DNA of 64,000 nucleotides. Origin: an uncultured cyanobacterium (GTDB lineage Bacteria; Cyanobacteriota; Cyanobacteriia; PCC-6307; Cyanobiaceae). The position numbers and the translations under genes were made by a program. The notes beneath the pieces are model-generated. The model saw only the letters and a program-made list of their open reading frames with translations, did no database searches and was not told the origin of the DNA. The stretch covers positions 635,216 through 699,215 of the forward strand of contig CAVXWZ010000002.1 in assembly GCA_963765575.1 (NCBI GenBank). The letters are read 5' to 3'. This document shows, in pieces, positions 1 to 13,079 of the stretch (position 1 is its first letter; every line of letters starts with the position of its first letter).

Positions 1-314
1 GCGTGCAGCACCGTGAGCACCGTCTCCAGGGCGCTGCGGCCGGTGCGCGGGTGGACGTCGGTGGGGATGCCGCGGCCGTTGTCGGTGACGGAACAGGAGC
101 CGTCCTCGTGCAGCACCACGAGGATCTGGTCGCAGTGGCCCGCCAGGGCCTCGTCCACCGAGTTGTCCACCACCTCGTACACCAGGTGGTGCAGACCCCG
201 GGGGCCCGTGGTGCCGATGTACATGCCGGGGCGCTTGCGCACCGGCTCCAGGCCCTCGAGGACCTGGATCTGCTCGGCTCCGTAGTCGTTCTGAACCTTT
301 GTTGCTTCGCTCAT
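1..314 (-). CDS. gyrB: DNA gyrase subunit B, N-terminal part (continues beyond window start)
   Basis: Manual minus-strand translation from ATG at 314: [34 protein letters not shown]...[15 protein letters not shown]...DNGRGIP, the GyrB GHKL ATPase motifs. Absent from the ORF track because it is truncated. Confidence 0.97.
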   Translation of the reverse strand, partial: MSEATKVQNDYGAEQIQVLEGLEPVRKRPGMYIGTTGPRGLHHLVYEVVDNSVDEALAGHCDQILVVLHEDGSCSVTDNGRGIPTDVHPRTGRSALETVLTVLH

Positions 315-445
315 GCGGGAGGGGTTCCCCGGGGATCTGGCATGGAACCGGCAGCCGTTCTCGGCGAAATCCCTTCTTGGAGAGGCAATCTACCACCGCT
401 CCCCGGGGCCGACGGTGGCGGCGGCGGGCCTGGCAGGGTGGGGGG

Positions 446-1405
446 ATGGGCAGCCACCAACCGCTGGTGATCGTGCTGCTGGGCCCCACGGCCAGCGGCA
501 AGACGGAGCTGGCCATCGCCCTGGCCAGGGCCCTCGATCTGGCGGTGCTGAACGTGGACTCGCGCCAGCTCTACCGGGGCATGGACGTCGGCACCGCCAA
601 GCCCAACCGGGCCCAGCGCGCCGCCGCCCGCCACGAGCTGCTGGATCTGCGCGAGCCCGACCGGCCCATCAACCTGCAGGAGTTCTGCGATCTGGCCCGC
701 TCGGCGCTCGCCACGGAGTTCGCCCGCCCCCGCAGCGGGCCGCCGCTGGCCCTGCTGGCGGGGGGCAGCGGCCTCTATCTCAAGGCCCTCAGCCAGGGCC
801 TGCAGCCGCCGGCGGTGCCGCCCCAGCCCGAGCTGCGCCGCCAGCTTGAGGCGTTGGGCCAGCCGCTCTGCCACCAGCTGCTGCAGGGCAGCGACCCCGC
901 CGCCGCCGCCCGCATCGCCCCCGCCGACGCGGTGCGCACCCAGCGAGCCCTCGAGGTGCTGTATGCCACCGGCCAGCCCCTCTCCAGCCAGCAGCGCGCC
1001 ACCCCACCGCCCTGGCAGGTGCTGGAGCTGGGACTGGATCCGGCCGACCTCAAGGAGCGCATCGAGCGGCGCAGCCAGGCCCTCTACGACGGCGGCCTGG
1101 TGGCGGAAACCGAGGCCCTGATGGCGCGCTACGGGGCCGACCTGCCCCTGCTGGAGACGATCGGCTACGGCGAGGCCCGGCGCCTGCTGGCCGGGGAGTT
1201 GGAGCGCAGCGCGGCGGTGGCCCTCACCAGCAGGCGCACCCGCCAGTTCGCCAAGCGCCAGCGCACCTGGTTCCGCCGCCAACACCGGCCGCTGTGGCTC
1301 AGCGCCACCGACGTGGCCGGGCAACTGCAACAGGCATTGCAGGAGATCGAAGGGCGTCTAGGGTGCTGGCAGAGACCCAATCGTCCGACTCCAACCAGCG
1401 ACTGA
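446..1405 (+). CDS. miaA: tRNA dimethylallyltransferase
   Basis: GPTASGKT P-loop, [29 protein letters not shown]; start moved to ATG 446. Confidence 0.95.
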   Translation: MGSHQPLVIVLLGPTASGKTELAIALARALDLAVLNVDSRQLYRGMDVGTAKPNRAQRAAARHELLDLREPDRPINLQEFCDLARSALATEFARPRSGPPLALLAGGSGLYLKALSQGLQPPAVPPQPELRRQLEALGQPLCHQLLQGSDPAAAARIAPADAVRTQRALEVLYATGQPLSSQQRATPPPWQVLELGLDPADLKERIERRSQALYDGGLVAETEALMARYGADLPLLETIGYGEARRLLAGELERSAAVALTSRRTRQFAKRQRTWFRRQHRPLWLSATDVAGQLQQALQEIEGRLGCWQRPNRPTPTSD

Positions 1406-2125
1406 ATGCCACCACGTCCCCGTTTTGACCGTCGTGCTCCCGTGCGGGAGCTGCCCAACATCAACGAACGCATCAACTATCCCCAGTTGCGGGTGGTTGA
1501 TTTCGACGGCTCCCAACTCGGCGTGATCTCGCGAGCGGATGCGCTGACTGTGGCCAGCGACCGCGATCTGGATCTGGTGCTGGTGAGCGAGAAGGCTGAT
1601 CCGCCGGTGTGCCGGATCATGGACTACGGCAAATACAAGTTCGAACAGGAAAAGAAGGCCAAGGAAGCGAAGAAGAAATCGCATCAGACCGAAGTCAAGG
1701 AGGTCAAGATGCGCTACAAGATCGATCAGCACGATTACGACGTGCGTATCGGTCAGGCCAACCGTTTCCTCAAGGCCGGGGACAAGGTGAAGTGCACCGT
1801 GATCTTCCGCGGGCGTGAGATCCAACACACAGCCCTGGCCGAGGTGCTGCTCAAGCGCATGGCCAAGGACCTGGAGGCGGCGGCCGAGGTCCAGCAGCCG
1901 CCCAAGCGCGAGGGCCGCAACATGATCATGTTTCTGAGCCCGCGCAAGACCGCTGCCGCCAAGGCCGCCGCCAGTGGCGGCTCCGGCGGCGGCTCCAGTG
2001 CAGCTGGTGCCGCTGGCAAAGGCATCATCCGCAGCAAGCCGCAGGTGACCAGGTCGGAGAGCGCCGCTCCAGCTGCCGCACCAAGTGCCGCACCAACAGC
2101 GCCCCCCAGCCCCACCGAAGCCTGA
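1406..2125 (+). CDS. infC: Translation initiation factor IF-3 with low-complexity C-terminal tail
   Basis: INERI...[25 protein letters not shown]...[14 protein letters not shown]. Confidence 0.97.
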   Translation: MPPRPRFDRRAPVRELPNINERINYPQLRVVDFDGSQLGVISRADALTVASDRDLDLVLVSEKADPPVCRIMDYGKYKFEQEKKAKEAKKKSHQTEVKEVKMRYKIDQHDYDVRIGQANRFLKAGDKVKCTVIFRGREIQHTALAEVLLKRMAKDLEAAAEVQQPPKREGRNMIMFLSPRKTAAAKAAASGGSGGGSSAAGAAGKGIIRSKPQVTRSESAAPAAAPSAAPTAPPSPTEA

Positions 2126-2139
2126 GAGCCAAGCCTGAA

Positions 2140-2946
2140 TCACAGGCGGCGGGCGAACAGCTCCAGCATCTGCTGCCAACCCTGGGCTGCGGCCTGGGGG
2201 TGGAAGTCGGCGCGCTGATCGCAGAGGAAACCGTGGCCGGCGCCGGCCGCCACGACCAAGCGGCGCTCCAGCTCGGGCCGGCGGGCCCGGTCGCCGGCCA
2301 GGGCCGCCTCGATGGCGGCCAGCTCTGCAGCGGGCATCAGCGGGTCCTGATCGCCCACCAGGCAAAGCAGGTGACCGGGGAGGCGCGGCAGCACCGCCAG
2401 GGTGGGCTCACCGCCGCCGGGGCGGAAGCTGGAGACCCGCGCTCCGTAGGCCGCGCAGGTGGCGGCCACCTCCGGCAAGGTGGCCGCGAGCATCGCCAGA
2501 TGGCCGCCGAAGCAGAAGCCCACACAGCCCACGGGCCTGTCCAGGCCAGGCTGACGCTGCAGCCAGGTGATGGCGGCACGGGCATCGGCGAGAAACGCAT
2601 CGGCGCTCACCCGGTCGCGGTGCTCCCGGCCGGCGGCCAGGCCCGCCGCGTCGTAGCCGACATCGAGATCGGGGGCGCTGCGCGCGAAGATCGGCATCGC
2701 CAGGGCGGCGTAGCCGGCGGCGGCCAGGCGCTCGGCCACGCCGCGCACCCAGGCGTTGAGGCCGAACACCTCCGGCAGCACCAGCAGGGCGGCCCGGGCC
2801 TGCCGCTGCGTGGGCCGGGCCCACCAGCAGCGCAGGCTGAGCCCGTCCGGACCCGCCAGCTCCTGCCAGCCGGCCTCGACCCCAGCGGTGGCTGCGGCAG
2901 ACGCGGTGGCCGGGAGATCGTTGCTGGAGGGCGGGCTGGAGGTCAT
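2140..2946 (-). CDS. Dienelactone hydrolase family protein
   Basis: LPEVFGLN, GFCFGG nucleophile elbow, AGHGF; start uncertain (ATG 2946 chosen). Confidence 0.9.
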   Translation of the reverse strand: MTSSPPSSNDLPATASAAATAGVEAGWQELAGPDGLSLRCWWARPTQRQARAALLVLPEVFGLNAWVRGVAERLAAAGYAALAMPIFARSAPDLDVGYDAAGLAAGREHRDRVSADAFLADARAAITWLQRQPGLDRPVGCVGFCFGGHLAMLAATLPEVAATCAAYGARVSSFRPGGGEPTLAVLPRLPGHLLCLVGDQDPLMPAAELAAIEAALAGDRARRPELERRLVVAAGAGHGFLCDQRADFHPQAAAQGWQQMLELFARRL

Positions 2947-3098
2947 GGCGGGGGCAGCGGGGCTGGAGCAGTCTGAAATCGGCTGGCCGGGGCCGGGCTT
3001 CTGGCCCTGAACCGGCACACACTCCTATGCCAACGGGGGGATTGTCCCCGCCGGGGATGCTCCGTATGGTGAGCCCCAAACCCAAGGCCCGGCGCGGC

Positions 3099-4088
3099 GT
3101 GCGATTTCACATCCAGCAGGAGAGCGACATCCCCGCCTCGACCCAGCTGTACAACCAGATCTGCTTCGCGATCGCGGCCCGGCACTACCCGCCTGGGCAC
3201 CGCCTGCCCAGCACCCGTCAGCTGGCGATGCAGACGGGACTGCACCGCAACACGATCAGCAAGGTCTACCGCCAGCTGGAAACCGACGGCGTGGTGGAGG
3301 CCATGGCCGGCTCCGGCATCTACGTACGCGATCAGCAGAAGCCGCGCCAGATCAAGCCACCGCCGGGTCCCCGCAACCGGGTGCTGCCCGACATCGACCG
3401 GGAGGTGCGTCAGAGCGTGGACGGCCTGCTGCAGTCCGGCTGCACCCTGCAGCAGACCCGCGACCTGCTCACCCGCGAGATCGACTGGCGGCTGCGCTGC
3501 GGCGCCCGGGTGCTGGTGAGTACGCCGCGGGAGGACCTGGGCGCCTCGCTGCTGATCGCCGAGGAACTCACCCCCAACCTGGAGGTGCCGGTGGAGGTGG
3601 TGCCGATGGAGGAGCTGGAGGGTGTGCTGGAGCAGTCGAACAACGGCACGGTGGTGACCAGCCGCTACTTCCTGCAGCCGGTGGAGGAGATCGCTCGCCG
3701 CCATGGCGTGCGGGCGGTGCCGGTGGACCTCAACGACTTCCGCCACGAACTCGACCTGCTCAAGGAGCTGCGCAGCGGCAGCTGCGTGGGGCTGGTGAGC
3801 ATCAGCCCGGGAATCCTGCGGGCCGCCGAGGTGATCCTGCACAGCCTGCGGGGCAACGAGCTGCTGGTGATGACGGCCACCCCCGACACCGGCAGCCGGC
3901 TGCTGGCGCTGCTACGGGCCGCCAGCCATGTGCTCTGCGACCGTCCCAGCCTGCCGCTGGTGGAGCAGAGCCTGCGCCAGAACCGGGGCCAGCTGATGCG
4001 CATGCCGGTGGTGCACTGCGCCCAGAGCTACCTGGGCACCGCCACCATCGACGAACTGCGCAAGGAGATTGGGCTGCTGGCGGCCTGA
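3099..4088 (+). CDS. plmA: GntR-family transcriptional regulator, cyanobacterial PlmA type
   Basis: VRFHIQQESDIPASTQLYNQICFAIAARHYPPGHRLPSTRQLA..LHRNTISKVY wHTH; GTG start 3099. Confidence 0.88.
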   Translation: MRFHIQQESDIPASTQLYNQICFAIAARHYPPGHRLPSTRQLAMQTGLHRNTISKVYRQLETDGVVEAMAGSGIYVRDQQKPRQIKPPPGPRNRVLPDIDREVRQSVDGLLQSGCTLQQTRDLLTREIDWRLRCGARVLVSTPREDLGASLLIAEELTPNLEVPVEVVPMEELEGVLEQSNNGTVVTSRYFLQPVEEIARRHGVRAVPVDLNDFRHELDLLKELRSGSCVGLVSISPGILRAAEVILHSLRGNELLVMTATPDTGSRLLALLRAASHVLCDRPSLPLVEQSLRQNRGQLMRMPVVHCAQSYLGTATIDELRKEIGLLAA

Positions 4089-4111
4089 ATCAGGCCCGGT
4101 TCAAACAGGAA

Positions 4112-4183
4112 AGCGGATGAAGAGATTCGAACTCTCGACCCTCTCCTTGGCAAGGAGATGCTCTACCACTGAGCTACATCCGC
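4112..4183 (-). tRNA. tRNA-Gly (GCC)
   Basis: Reverse complement GCGGATGTAGCTCAGTGGTAGAGCATCTCCTTGCCAAGGAGAGGGTCGAGAGTTCGAATCTCTTCATCCGCT folds as a cloverleaf with anticodon GCC. Confidence 0.97.
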
Positions 4184-4296
4184 GAGTCCGGCGGTCTCGG
4201 CCGGGCACGCCTGGCGGTTTGATGCGCCGGCCAAGCGATCATGCCTGACGGCCTGCCCCCAGGTCAAACCCGCGGCCGCTCCGCCAGGATGCCTCC

Positions 4297-5046
4297 ATGT
4301 TCAAGGCCATCCGCTCCGACCTGGCGATCATCCGGGAGCGGGATCCCGCCGCGCGCGGACCGCTGGAGATCCTGCTCTGCTACCCGGGTCTGCACGCCCT
4401 GGCGCTGCACCGCCTCAGCCACCGCCTCTGGGGGTTGAGGCTGCCGCTGCTGCCGCGGCTGCTGAGCCAGGTGGGCCGCCTGCTCACCGGCATCGAGATC
4501 CACCCGGGGGCCCGCATCGGCCACGGCGTGTTCATCGACCACGGCATGGGGGTGGTGATCGGCGAGACGGCCGAGATCGGCGACCAGTGCCTGCTCTACC
4601 AGGGGGTGACGCTGGGCGGCACCGGCAAGGCCCACGGCAAGCGCCACCCCACCCTGCGCCGCAACGTGGTGGTGGGCGCCGGCGCCAAGGTGCTGGGGGC
4701 GATCACGGTGGGCACCAACACCCGCATCGGCGCCGGCTCGGTGGTGCTGCACAACGTGGAGCCGGACTGCACGGTGGTGGGCATCCCGGGCCGGGTGGTG
4801 CACCAGAGCGGCGTGCGGGTGGACCCCCTGGCCCACTCCGCGCTGCCGGACACCGAAGCCCGGGTGATCCGCAACCTGATGGAGCGAATCGACGCCCTCG
4901 AAAGCGAGCTGGCCCGCACCCAGGGCTGCCTGCAGGAACTGGCCGCCGGCCGCCCCCTGCGCGAGCCCTGCGGTGGTCTGGCCCAGAGCCTGCGCGACCG
5001 GGAGATCCTGGAATTCCTGGGCGACAACCCGGGCTCCACCAACTAA
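4297..5046 (+). CDS. cysE: Serine O-acetyltransferase
   Basis: [31 protein letters not shown] hexapeptide repeats, KRHPT. Confidence 0.97.
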   Translation: MFKAIRSDLAIIRERDPAARGPLEILLCYPGLHALALHRLSHRLWGLRLPLLPRLLSQVGRLLTGIEIHPGARIGHGVFIDHGMGVVIGETAEIGDQCLLYQGVTLGGTGKAHGKRHPTLRRNVVVGAGAKVLGAITVGTNTRIGAGSVVLHNVEPDCTVVGIPGRVVHQSGVRVDPLAHSALPDTEARVIRNLMERIDALESELARTQGCLQELAAGRPLREPCGGLAQSLRDREILEFLGDNPGSTN

Positions 5047-5079
5047 CTGATCGCCTGAATCGCGTGGCCCAGAAGCCAA

Positions 5080-7951
<2,872 letters not shown>

Positions 7952-8016
7952 GGTGAGAACGGCTACCGAGTCGTTGCTGGCAGCCTACCGAGGCTGGTCC
8001 CGGGTCCCTGGGGGAG

Positions 8017-9138
8017 TTACCCCACCAGCCCCAGCCGCCCGCCGGTGTAGCCGCCGCGCTCGCGCACGGCTGTGCACCAGCCCTGCTGCTCCAGATACCA
8101 GCGCACCGTGGCCTCCAGGCCCTGCTCGAAGCTGTGGCGCGGCTGCCAGCCCAGCTCGCTGCTGATGCGGGCCGGGTCGATGGCGTAGCGGCGGTCGTGG
8201 CCGGGGCGGTCGGTGACCGGCGTGATCAGGCGGGCGTGGGGGGCGCCGGCCGGGCGCAGCTGATCGAGCAGGGCGCAGATCGCCTCCACCACCTGCTTGT
8301 TGGTGCGCTCACCATGGCCGCCCACGCAGTAGCTGCGGCCCAGCTCGCCGCGGGTGGCCGCCAGCAGCAGGGCGTCCACGTGGTCGTCCACATAGAGCCA
8401 GTCGCGCACGTTGGCGCCGTCGCCGTAGAGGGGGATCGGCTCGCCGGCGGCGGCCTTGAGGATCACCACCGGGATCAGCTTCTCGGGGAACTGCCAGGGG
8501 CCGTAGTTGTTGGAGCAGTTGGTGAGCACCACCGGCAGGCCGTAGGTGTGGTGCCAGGCGCTCACCAGGTGGTCGCTGGCGGCCTTGCTGGCCGAGTAGG
8601 GGGAGCGGGGGTCGTAGGGGGTGGTCTCCGAGAAGCGGCCCGTGGGCCCCAGCGAGCCGAACACCTCATCGGTGCTGATGTGGTGCAGCCGGAAGGCGGC
8701 GCGCCGCTCCTCGGCCAGACCCTCGTAGTGGCCCCGCAGGGCCTGCAGCAGGTGGAAGGTGCCGCTCACGTTGCTGGCGATGAAGGCCTCCGGACCCTCG
8801 ATCGAGCGGTCCACGTGGCTCTCGGCGGCCAGGTGCATGACCAGATCCGGATCGGCCTGGCGCACCGCCGCGGCCGTGGCCTCGGCATCGGTGAGGTCCA
8901 CCCGCAGCAGCTGGTGGCGGGCCCCGGCGCCGTCACCGAGCTCATCCAGCACGTCCTCCACGCTGGTGAGATCGCTGGCGTAGCCGCACTTGTCGAGGTT
9001 GAACACCGTGGCCTCGCTGTCGCGCAGCAGACGCCGCACCACGGCGCCGCCGATGAAGCCGGCGCCACCGGTCACCAGCACGCGGCGGCGCTCACCCAGC
9101 AGGGCGGCGGCGGTGGAGATCACGGGTGAGGCAGGCAT
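8017..9138 (-). CDS. rfbB: dTDP-glucose 4,6-dehydratase
   Basis: VTGGAGFIG, HLAAESHVDRSI, HISTDEV, YSASKA, DRPGHDRRYA. Confidence 0.96.
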   Translation of the reverse strand: MPASPVISTAAALLGERRRVLVTGGAGFIGGAVVRRLLRDSEATVFNLDKCGYASDLTSVEDVLDELGDGAGARHQLLRVDLTDAEATAAAVRQADPDLVMHLAAESHVDRSIEGPEAFIASNVSGTFHLLQALRGHYEGLAEERRAAFRLHHISTDEVFGSLGPTGRFSETTPYDPRSPYSASKAASDHLVSAWHHTYGLPVVLTNCSNNYGPWQFPEKLIPVVILKAAAGEPIPLYGDGANVRDWLYVDDHVDALLLAATRGELGRSYCVGGHGERTNKQVVEAICALLDQLRPAGAPHARLITPVTDRPGHDRRYAIDPARISSELGWQPRHSFEQGLEATVRWYLEQQGWCTAVRERGGYTGGRLGLVG

Positions 9139-9184
9139 CGAGAACTGTGGGGGGATGGAGGCCGGTGGACAGCAGAAGGATGGA

Positions 9185-10114
9185 CTAGCTCACCGCCGCC
9201 GTTGCCGCCAGCACCTGCCGCAGGGCGCTGCGCCAGTGCAGGGGCTCCAGCTCCAGCTGGCGGCGGCTGTCGCTGCAGTCGAGCAGCGAATAGCTGGGGC
9301 GCCGCGCCGGGGTGGGGTACTCGGCGGTGGTGAGCGGATGCACCGGGGCCGCCCGCTCCAGCAGGCCCAGCTCCAGCCCCAGCTCGCCCACCGCCACGGC
9401 CACGTCGTACCAGCTGGCGGCGCCGGCGTCGCTCCAGTGCAGCACGGGCGGCAGGGCCTCGGCGCGCGGGATCACAGCCCAGCAGGCCGCCGCCAGGGTG
9501 AGGGTGCTGGTGGGGCAGCCCACCTGGTCGGCCACCACAGCCAGGGGCTGGCCGCTGGCCCCCCGCTGCCGGTGCAGCCGCAGCATCGTCAGGGCGAAAT
9601 TCTTGCCCGCCGGACCCATCACCCAGCTGGTGCGCAGGATCACGCCCCGTGCTGTGCCGTCGGCAGCGGCCCTGCCACCCAGCAGCTGCTCCACCGCCTC
9701 CTCGCCCGCCGCCTTGGTGGCCCCATAGACCCCCAGCGGATCGCGGGGCTGCTCGGGCCGGTAGGGGCTGCCCTGCTGGCCGTTGAACACGAAATCGGTG
9801 CTCAGCTGCAGCAGCCGGCCGCCGCTGTCGGCGAGGGCTGCGGCGAAGGCCCGCGGCGCGCCGGCGTTCACCGCCATCGCCAGCTCCGGCTCGCTCTCCG
9901 CCTTGTCCACCGCCGTGTAGGCGCCGGCGTTGCACACCCAGTCGGGCCGATGCACCGCCACCGCCCGCTGGCAGGCGTCGGCATCGGCCAGATCCAGCGG
10001 CAGCAGCCCCTCGCCGCCGGCCCGGCTGGTGGCGATCAGCTCCACCCCCTCCGGCCTGGCCGCCACCAGGGCCTGGCCCAGCTGGCCGGCGGCGCCGCTG
10101 AGCAGCACCTTCAC
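9185..10114 (-). CDS. rfbD: dTDP-4-dehydrorhamnose reductase
   Basis: GAAGQLG, AYTAVDKAESE, STDFVF, YGATK, DQVGCPT; GTG start 10114. Confidence 0.95.
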   Translation of the reverse strand: MKVLLSGAAGQLGQALVAARPEGVELIATSRAGGEGLLPLDLADADACQRAVAVHRPDWVCNAGAYTAVDKAESEPELAMAVNAGAPRAFAAALADSGGRLLQLSTDFVFNGQQGSPYRPEQPRDPLGVYGATKAAGEEAVEQLLGGRAAADGTARGVILRTSWVMGPAGKNFALTMLRLHRQRGASGQPLAVVADQVGCPTSTLTLAAACWAVIPRAEALPPVLHWSDAGAASWYDVAVAVGELGLELGLLERAAPVHPLTTAEYPTPARRPSYSLLDCSDSRRQLELEPLHWRSALRQVLAATAAVS

Positions 10115-10136
10115 AGCCGGCACCCCAGCCAACCCG

Positions 10137-10739
10137 TCACGCGAACACCTCGCCCGCGGCCACGGCCTGCTCGAGGCTGGGCGCGGCCGCATCCTTGGCG
10201 CTCAGCTGGGGGCCGCCCAGCTCGGGGGCCGCCGCCGCCAGTGCCGCCAGGGGCCAGGCGATCGCCAGCTGGGGGTCGTCCCAGCGGATTCCCCGCTCGC
10301 ACTCCCGGCTCCAGGTGTCGGTGGTCTTGTAGAGCACCTCGGCGTGCGCGCTGAGGGTGAGGAAGCCGTGGGCGAAACCTGCCGGCACCCACAGCTGGCG
10401 CTTGTCGTCGGCGCTCAGCTCAGAACCGACCCACTGACCAAAGGTGGGGGAAGCGCGGCGGATGTCCACCGCCACGTCAAAGATCGAGCCCAGCACGCAG
10501 CGCACCAGCTTGCCCTGGGGGTGGGGCGGCAGCTGGTAATGGAGGCCGCGCAGCACCCCGACCGTCGAGCGCGAGTGGTTGTCCTGCACGAAGCGGGTCT
10601 CGCCCGCCGCCGCATCGAACGTGCGCTGGTTCCAGCTCTCGAAGAAGAAGCCGCGCGCATCGCCGAACACCCTGGGGCTCAGCAGCAGCGGCCCCTCGAT
10701 CTCCACGCCGGCGGCGCTGGTGAGCCGTTCAACCTCCAT
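10137..10739 (-). CDS. rfbC: dTDP-4-dehydrorhamnose 3,5-epimerase
   Basis: [34 protein letters not shown]. Confidence 0.96.
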   Translation of the reverse strand: MEVERLTSAAGVEIEGPLLLSPRVFGDARGFFFESWNQRTFDAAAGETRFVQDNHSRSTVGVLRGLHYQLPPHPQGKLVRCVLGSIFDVAVDIRRASPTFGQWVGSELSADDKRQLWVPAGFAHGFLTLSAHAEVLYKTTDTWSRECERGIRWDDPQLAIAWPLAALAAAAPELGGPQLSAKDAAAPSLEQAVAAGEVFA

Positions 10740-11661
10740 GGCTCTCCTCCAGGCTCGCCTGCAGCGCCCGATGGTCGCTGGTGGCCTCACTCTGACAGCG
10801 CAGCAGGTAGTCGCCATAGCCGCTCTTGCGCAGGGGCTGGGCCAACCGCTGCAGCTGGGCCCCATCGATCCAGCCCATGCGCCAGGCCACCTCCTCCGGA
10901 CAGCCCACCTTCAGGCCCTGGCGGTGCTCCAGGGTGCGGATGTAGCTGCCCGCCTCGTGCAGGGAGTCGCAGGTGCCGGTGTCCAGCCAGGCCATGCCCC
11001 GGCCCATCAGCTCCACCCGCAGCAAGCCCTCCTGCAGATACTGACGGTTGAGATCGGTGATCTCCAGCTCACCCCGGGCCGAGGGCCGCACCCGCCGCGC
11101 CCGCTCCACCACCGAGGCGTCATAGAAATAGAGGCCGGTGACGGCATAGCGCGAGCGGGGCCGGGCCGGCTTCTCCTCCAGGCTCAGCACCCTGCCGTCG
11201 GGCGCGAACTCCACCACCCCGTAGCGCTCCGGGTCCCGCACCGGGTAGGCGAACACGGTGGCGGCGCTGCCGGCGCCATTGCTGCCCTGCAGCTGGGGCA
11301 CCAGGTCGTGGCCGTGGAAGAGGTTGTCCCCGAGCACCAGGGCCGCCGGGGCGCCAGCGAGGAAGTCGGCACCGATCAGAAAGGCCTGGGCCAATCCGTC
11401 GGGGCTGGGCTGCACCGCATAGCGGATCGTCATCCCCCAGGCACTGCCGTCGCCCAGCAACCGCTCGAAGGCCGGCCGATCGAGCGGCGTGGTGATGATC
11501 AACACCTCACGGATCCCGGCCAGCATCAGCGTGCTGAGCGGGTAATAGATCATCGGCTTGTCGTACACCGGCAGCAGTTGCTTGCTCACCCCCACCGTGA
11601 TCGGGTGCAGGCGCGTGCCGCTGCCGCCGGCCAGGATGATTCCCCTGCGTTGCTGTGCCAA
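10729..11661 (-). CDS. rfbA: Glucose-1-phosphate thymidylyltransferase
   Basis: [41 protein letters not shown]. Confidence 0.97.
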   Translation of the reverse strand: MAQQRRGIILAGGSGTRLHPITVGVSKQLLPVYDKPMIYYPLSTLMLAGIREVLIITTPLDRPAFERLLGDGSAWGMTIRYAVQPSPDGLAQAFLIGADFLAGAPAALVLGDNLFHGHDLVPQLQGSNGAGSAATVFAYPVRDPERYGVVEFAPDGRVLSLEEKPARPRSRYAVTGLYFYDASVVERARRVRPSARGELEITDLNRQYLQEGLLRVELMGRGMAWLDTGTCDSLHEAGSYIRTLEHRQGLKVGCPEEVAWRMGWIDGAQLQRLAQPLRKSGYGDYLLRCQSEATSDHRALQASLEESHGG

Positions 11662-11704
11662 TACGCCGCTGTGGCTGGGAGGATGCTGCCATGAGCCGCG
11701 TCTG

Positions 11705-12169
11705 ATGGTCGCGATCCGCCTGCTGCGTCACGCCCCAGGGGCCCCCGGCCTGCGCTGGCTGGGTCTTGGCCCCGGGCTGCGGCCCACCCGGGGTCTGCTC
11801 AAGCTCCGGCGCCTGTTCAATCACCACGCCTTCTGGGCCCGGGAGCGCAGCGACCGCCAGCTGCGCCGGCTGCTGGGGGGCTCGCCGGTGGTGGTGAGCC
11901 TGTGGCGGGGCAAGCGGCTGGTGGGCTTCGGGCGGGCCAGCAGCGACGGTGAGTGCCGCGCCGTGCTCTGGGATGTGGTGGTGGCCGGCGACCTGCAGGG
12001 CCGCGGCCTCGGCCGCCAGGTGGTGGAGGGCCTGCTCAGCCACCCACGGCTCTGCGCTGTGGAGCGGGTGTATCTGATGACCACCAACAGCGCCGGCTTC
12101 TACGAGCAGCTCGGCTTCCGCCGCGTCGGCAGCCAGCAGCTGCTGGTCAGGCAGGCAGGGCGGCCATGA
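11705..12169 (+). CDS. GNAT family N-acetyltransferase
   Basis: [16 protein letters not shown] acetyl-CoA motif, FYEQLGF. Confidence 0.85.
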   Translation: MVAIRLLRHAPGAPGLRWLGLGPGLRPTRGLLKLRRLFNHHAFWARERSDRQLRRLLGGSPVVVSLWRGKRLVGFGRASSDGECRAVLWDVVVAGDLQGRGLGRQVVEGLLSHPRLCAVERVYLMTTNSAGFYEQLGFRRVGSQQLLVRQAGRP

Positions 12170-12632
12170 GCGAGCCCATTTCGATCGCCTGCAGGGCGTA
12201 GCTCCAGCCCAGGTTGCTCTTGATGCCGGCCCGCTCCAGGGCCTGCTGCATCGTGTCGGTGGTCAGCACCCCGAAGATCACCGGCACGCCGGTGGTGCGG
12301 CTCACGGCCGCCACCCCCTTGCTCACCTCGGCCACCACGACGTCGAAGTGGGGGGTGTCGCCGCGGATCACCGCCCCCAGGGCGACCACCACCTGGTAGT
12401 GGCCGCTGGCCGCCAGCTTCTGGGCCACCAGTGGGATCTCAAAGCTGCCCGGCACCCAGGCCAGGTCCAGCTGGGGGCTGCTGGCCGTGGTGTCGATGCC
12501 ATGGCGGTGCAGGCAGTCGAGGCAACCGCTCAGCAGCTTGCCGGTGACCAGGTCGTTGAAGCGGGCCACCACCACGGCCAGGCGCAGCCCGCTGGCACCG
12601 GTGAACGTTCCCTCGAAAGTGGCCACGGGCAA
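12147..12632 (-). CDS. ribH: 6,7-dimethyl-8-ribityllumazine synthase
   Basis: [41 protein letters not shown]. Confidence 0.96.
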   Translation of the reverse strand: MPVATFEGTFTGASGLRLAVVVARFNDLVTGKLLSGCLDCLHRHGIDTTASSPQLDLAWVPGSFEIPLVAQKLAASGHYQVVVALGAVIRGDTPHFDVVVAEVSKGVAAVSRTTGVPVIFGVLTTDTMQQALERAGIKSNLGWSYALQAIEMGSLMAALPA

Positions 12633-12696
12633 CCGCCACTGCCGTGGCGCTGATCTGGTGGGCCGAGCCTAGAAGCCGCTGGCGTTGGGGTCGGCG

Positions 12697-12885
12697 TCAG
12701 ACCACGAAGAAGCTCATGCCCCAGTTGACCAGCACCAGGGCGACCCAGGCGATGCCACCGAGCAGGATCAGACGGTTGGAGCGGCCGCTGTCTTCGCTGC
12801 TGGCGTAGAGCACCGGCACCGCCACGATCAGGGCGAACGACATCACCACCAGGGCCAGAACGGTGAGGGTGTTGAGGATCTGCAT
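12697..12885 (-). CDS. psbZ: Photosystem II protein Z
   Basis: 62 aa, two TM helices, [14 protein letters not shown]. Confidence 0.93.
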   Translation of the reverse strand: MQILNTLTVLALVVMSFALIVAVPVLYASSEDSGRSNRLILLGGIAWVALVLVNWGMSFFVV

Positions 12886-13079
12886 GGATCAGCGCGATGG
12901 AGCAGCGGGCAGGCCGGCTGGTCGGTTTGGGGATTCTCACACGCTGCTCCCGGCCCACCGGTGGGGTCAGGGATGTTCCTTCACAAGTTGTCGGAGCCCC
13001 AGGCCCTCCATCCCCGCCCGCGGCACCGGGAGGCGGCGGGTTGCCAGCCTTACGATCAACTCCAGGATCTGGGTGGGCC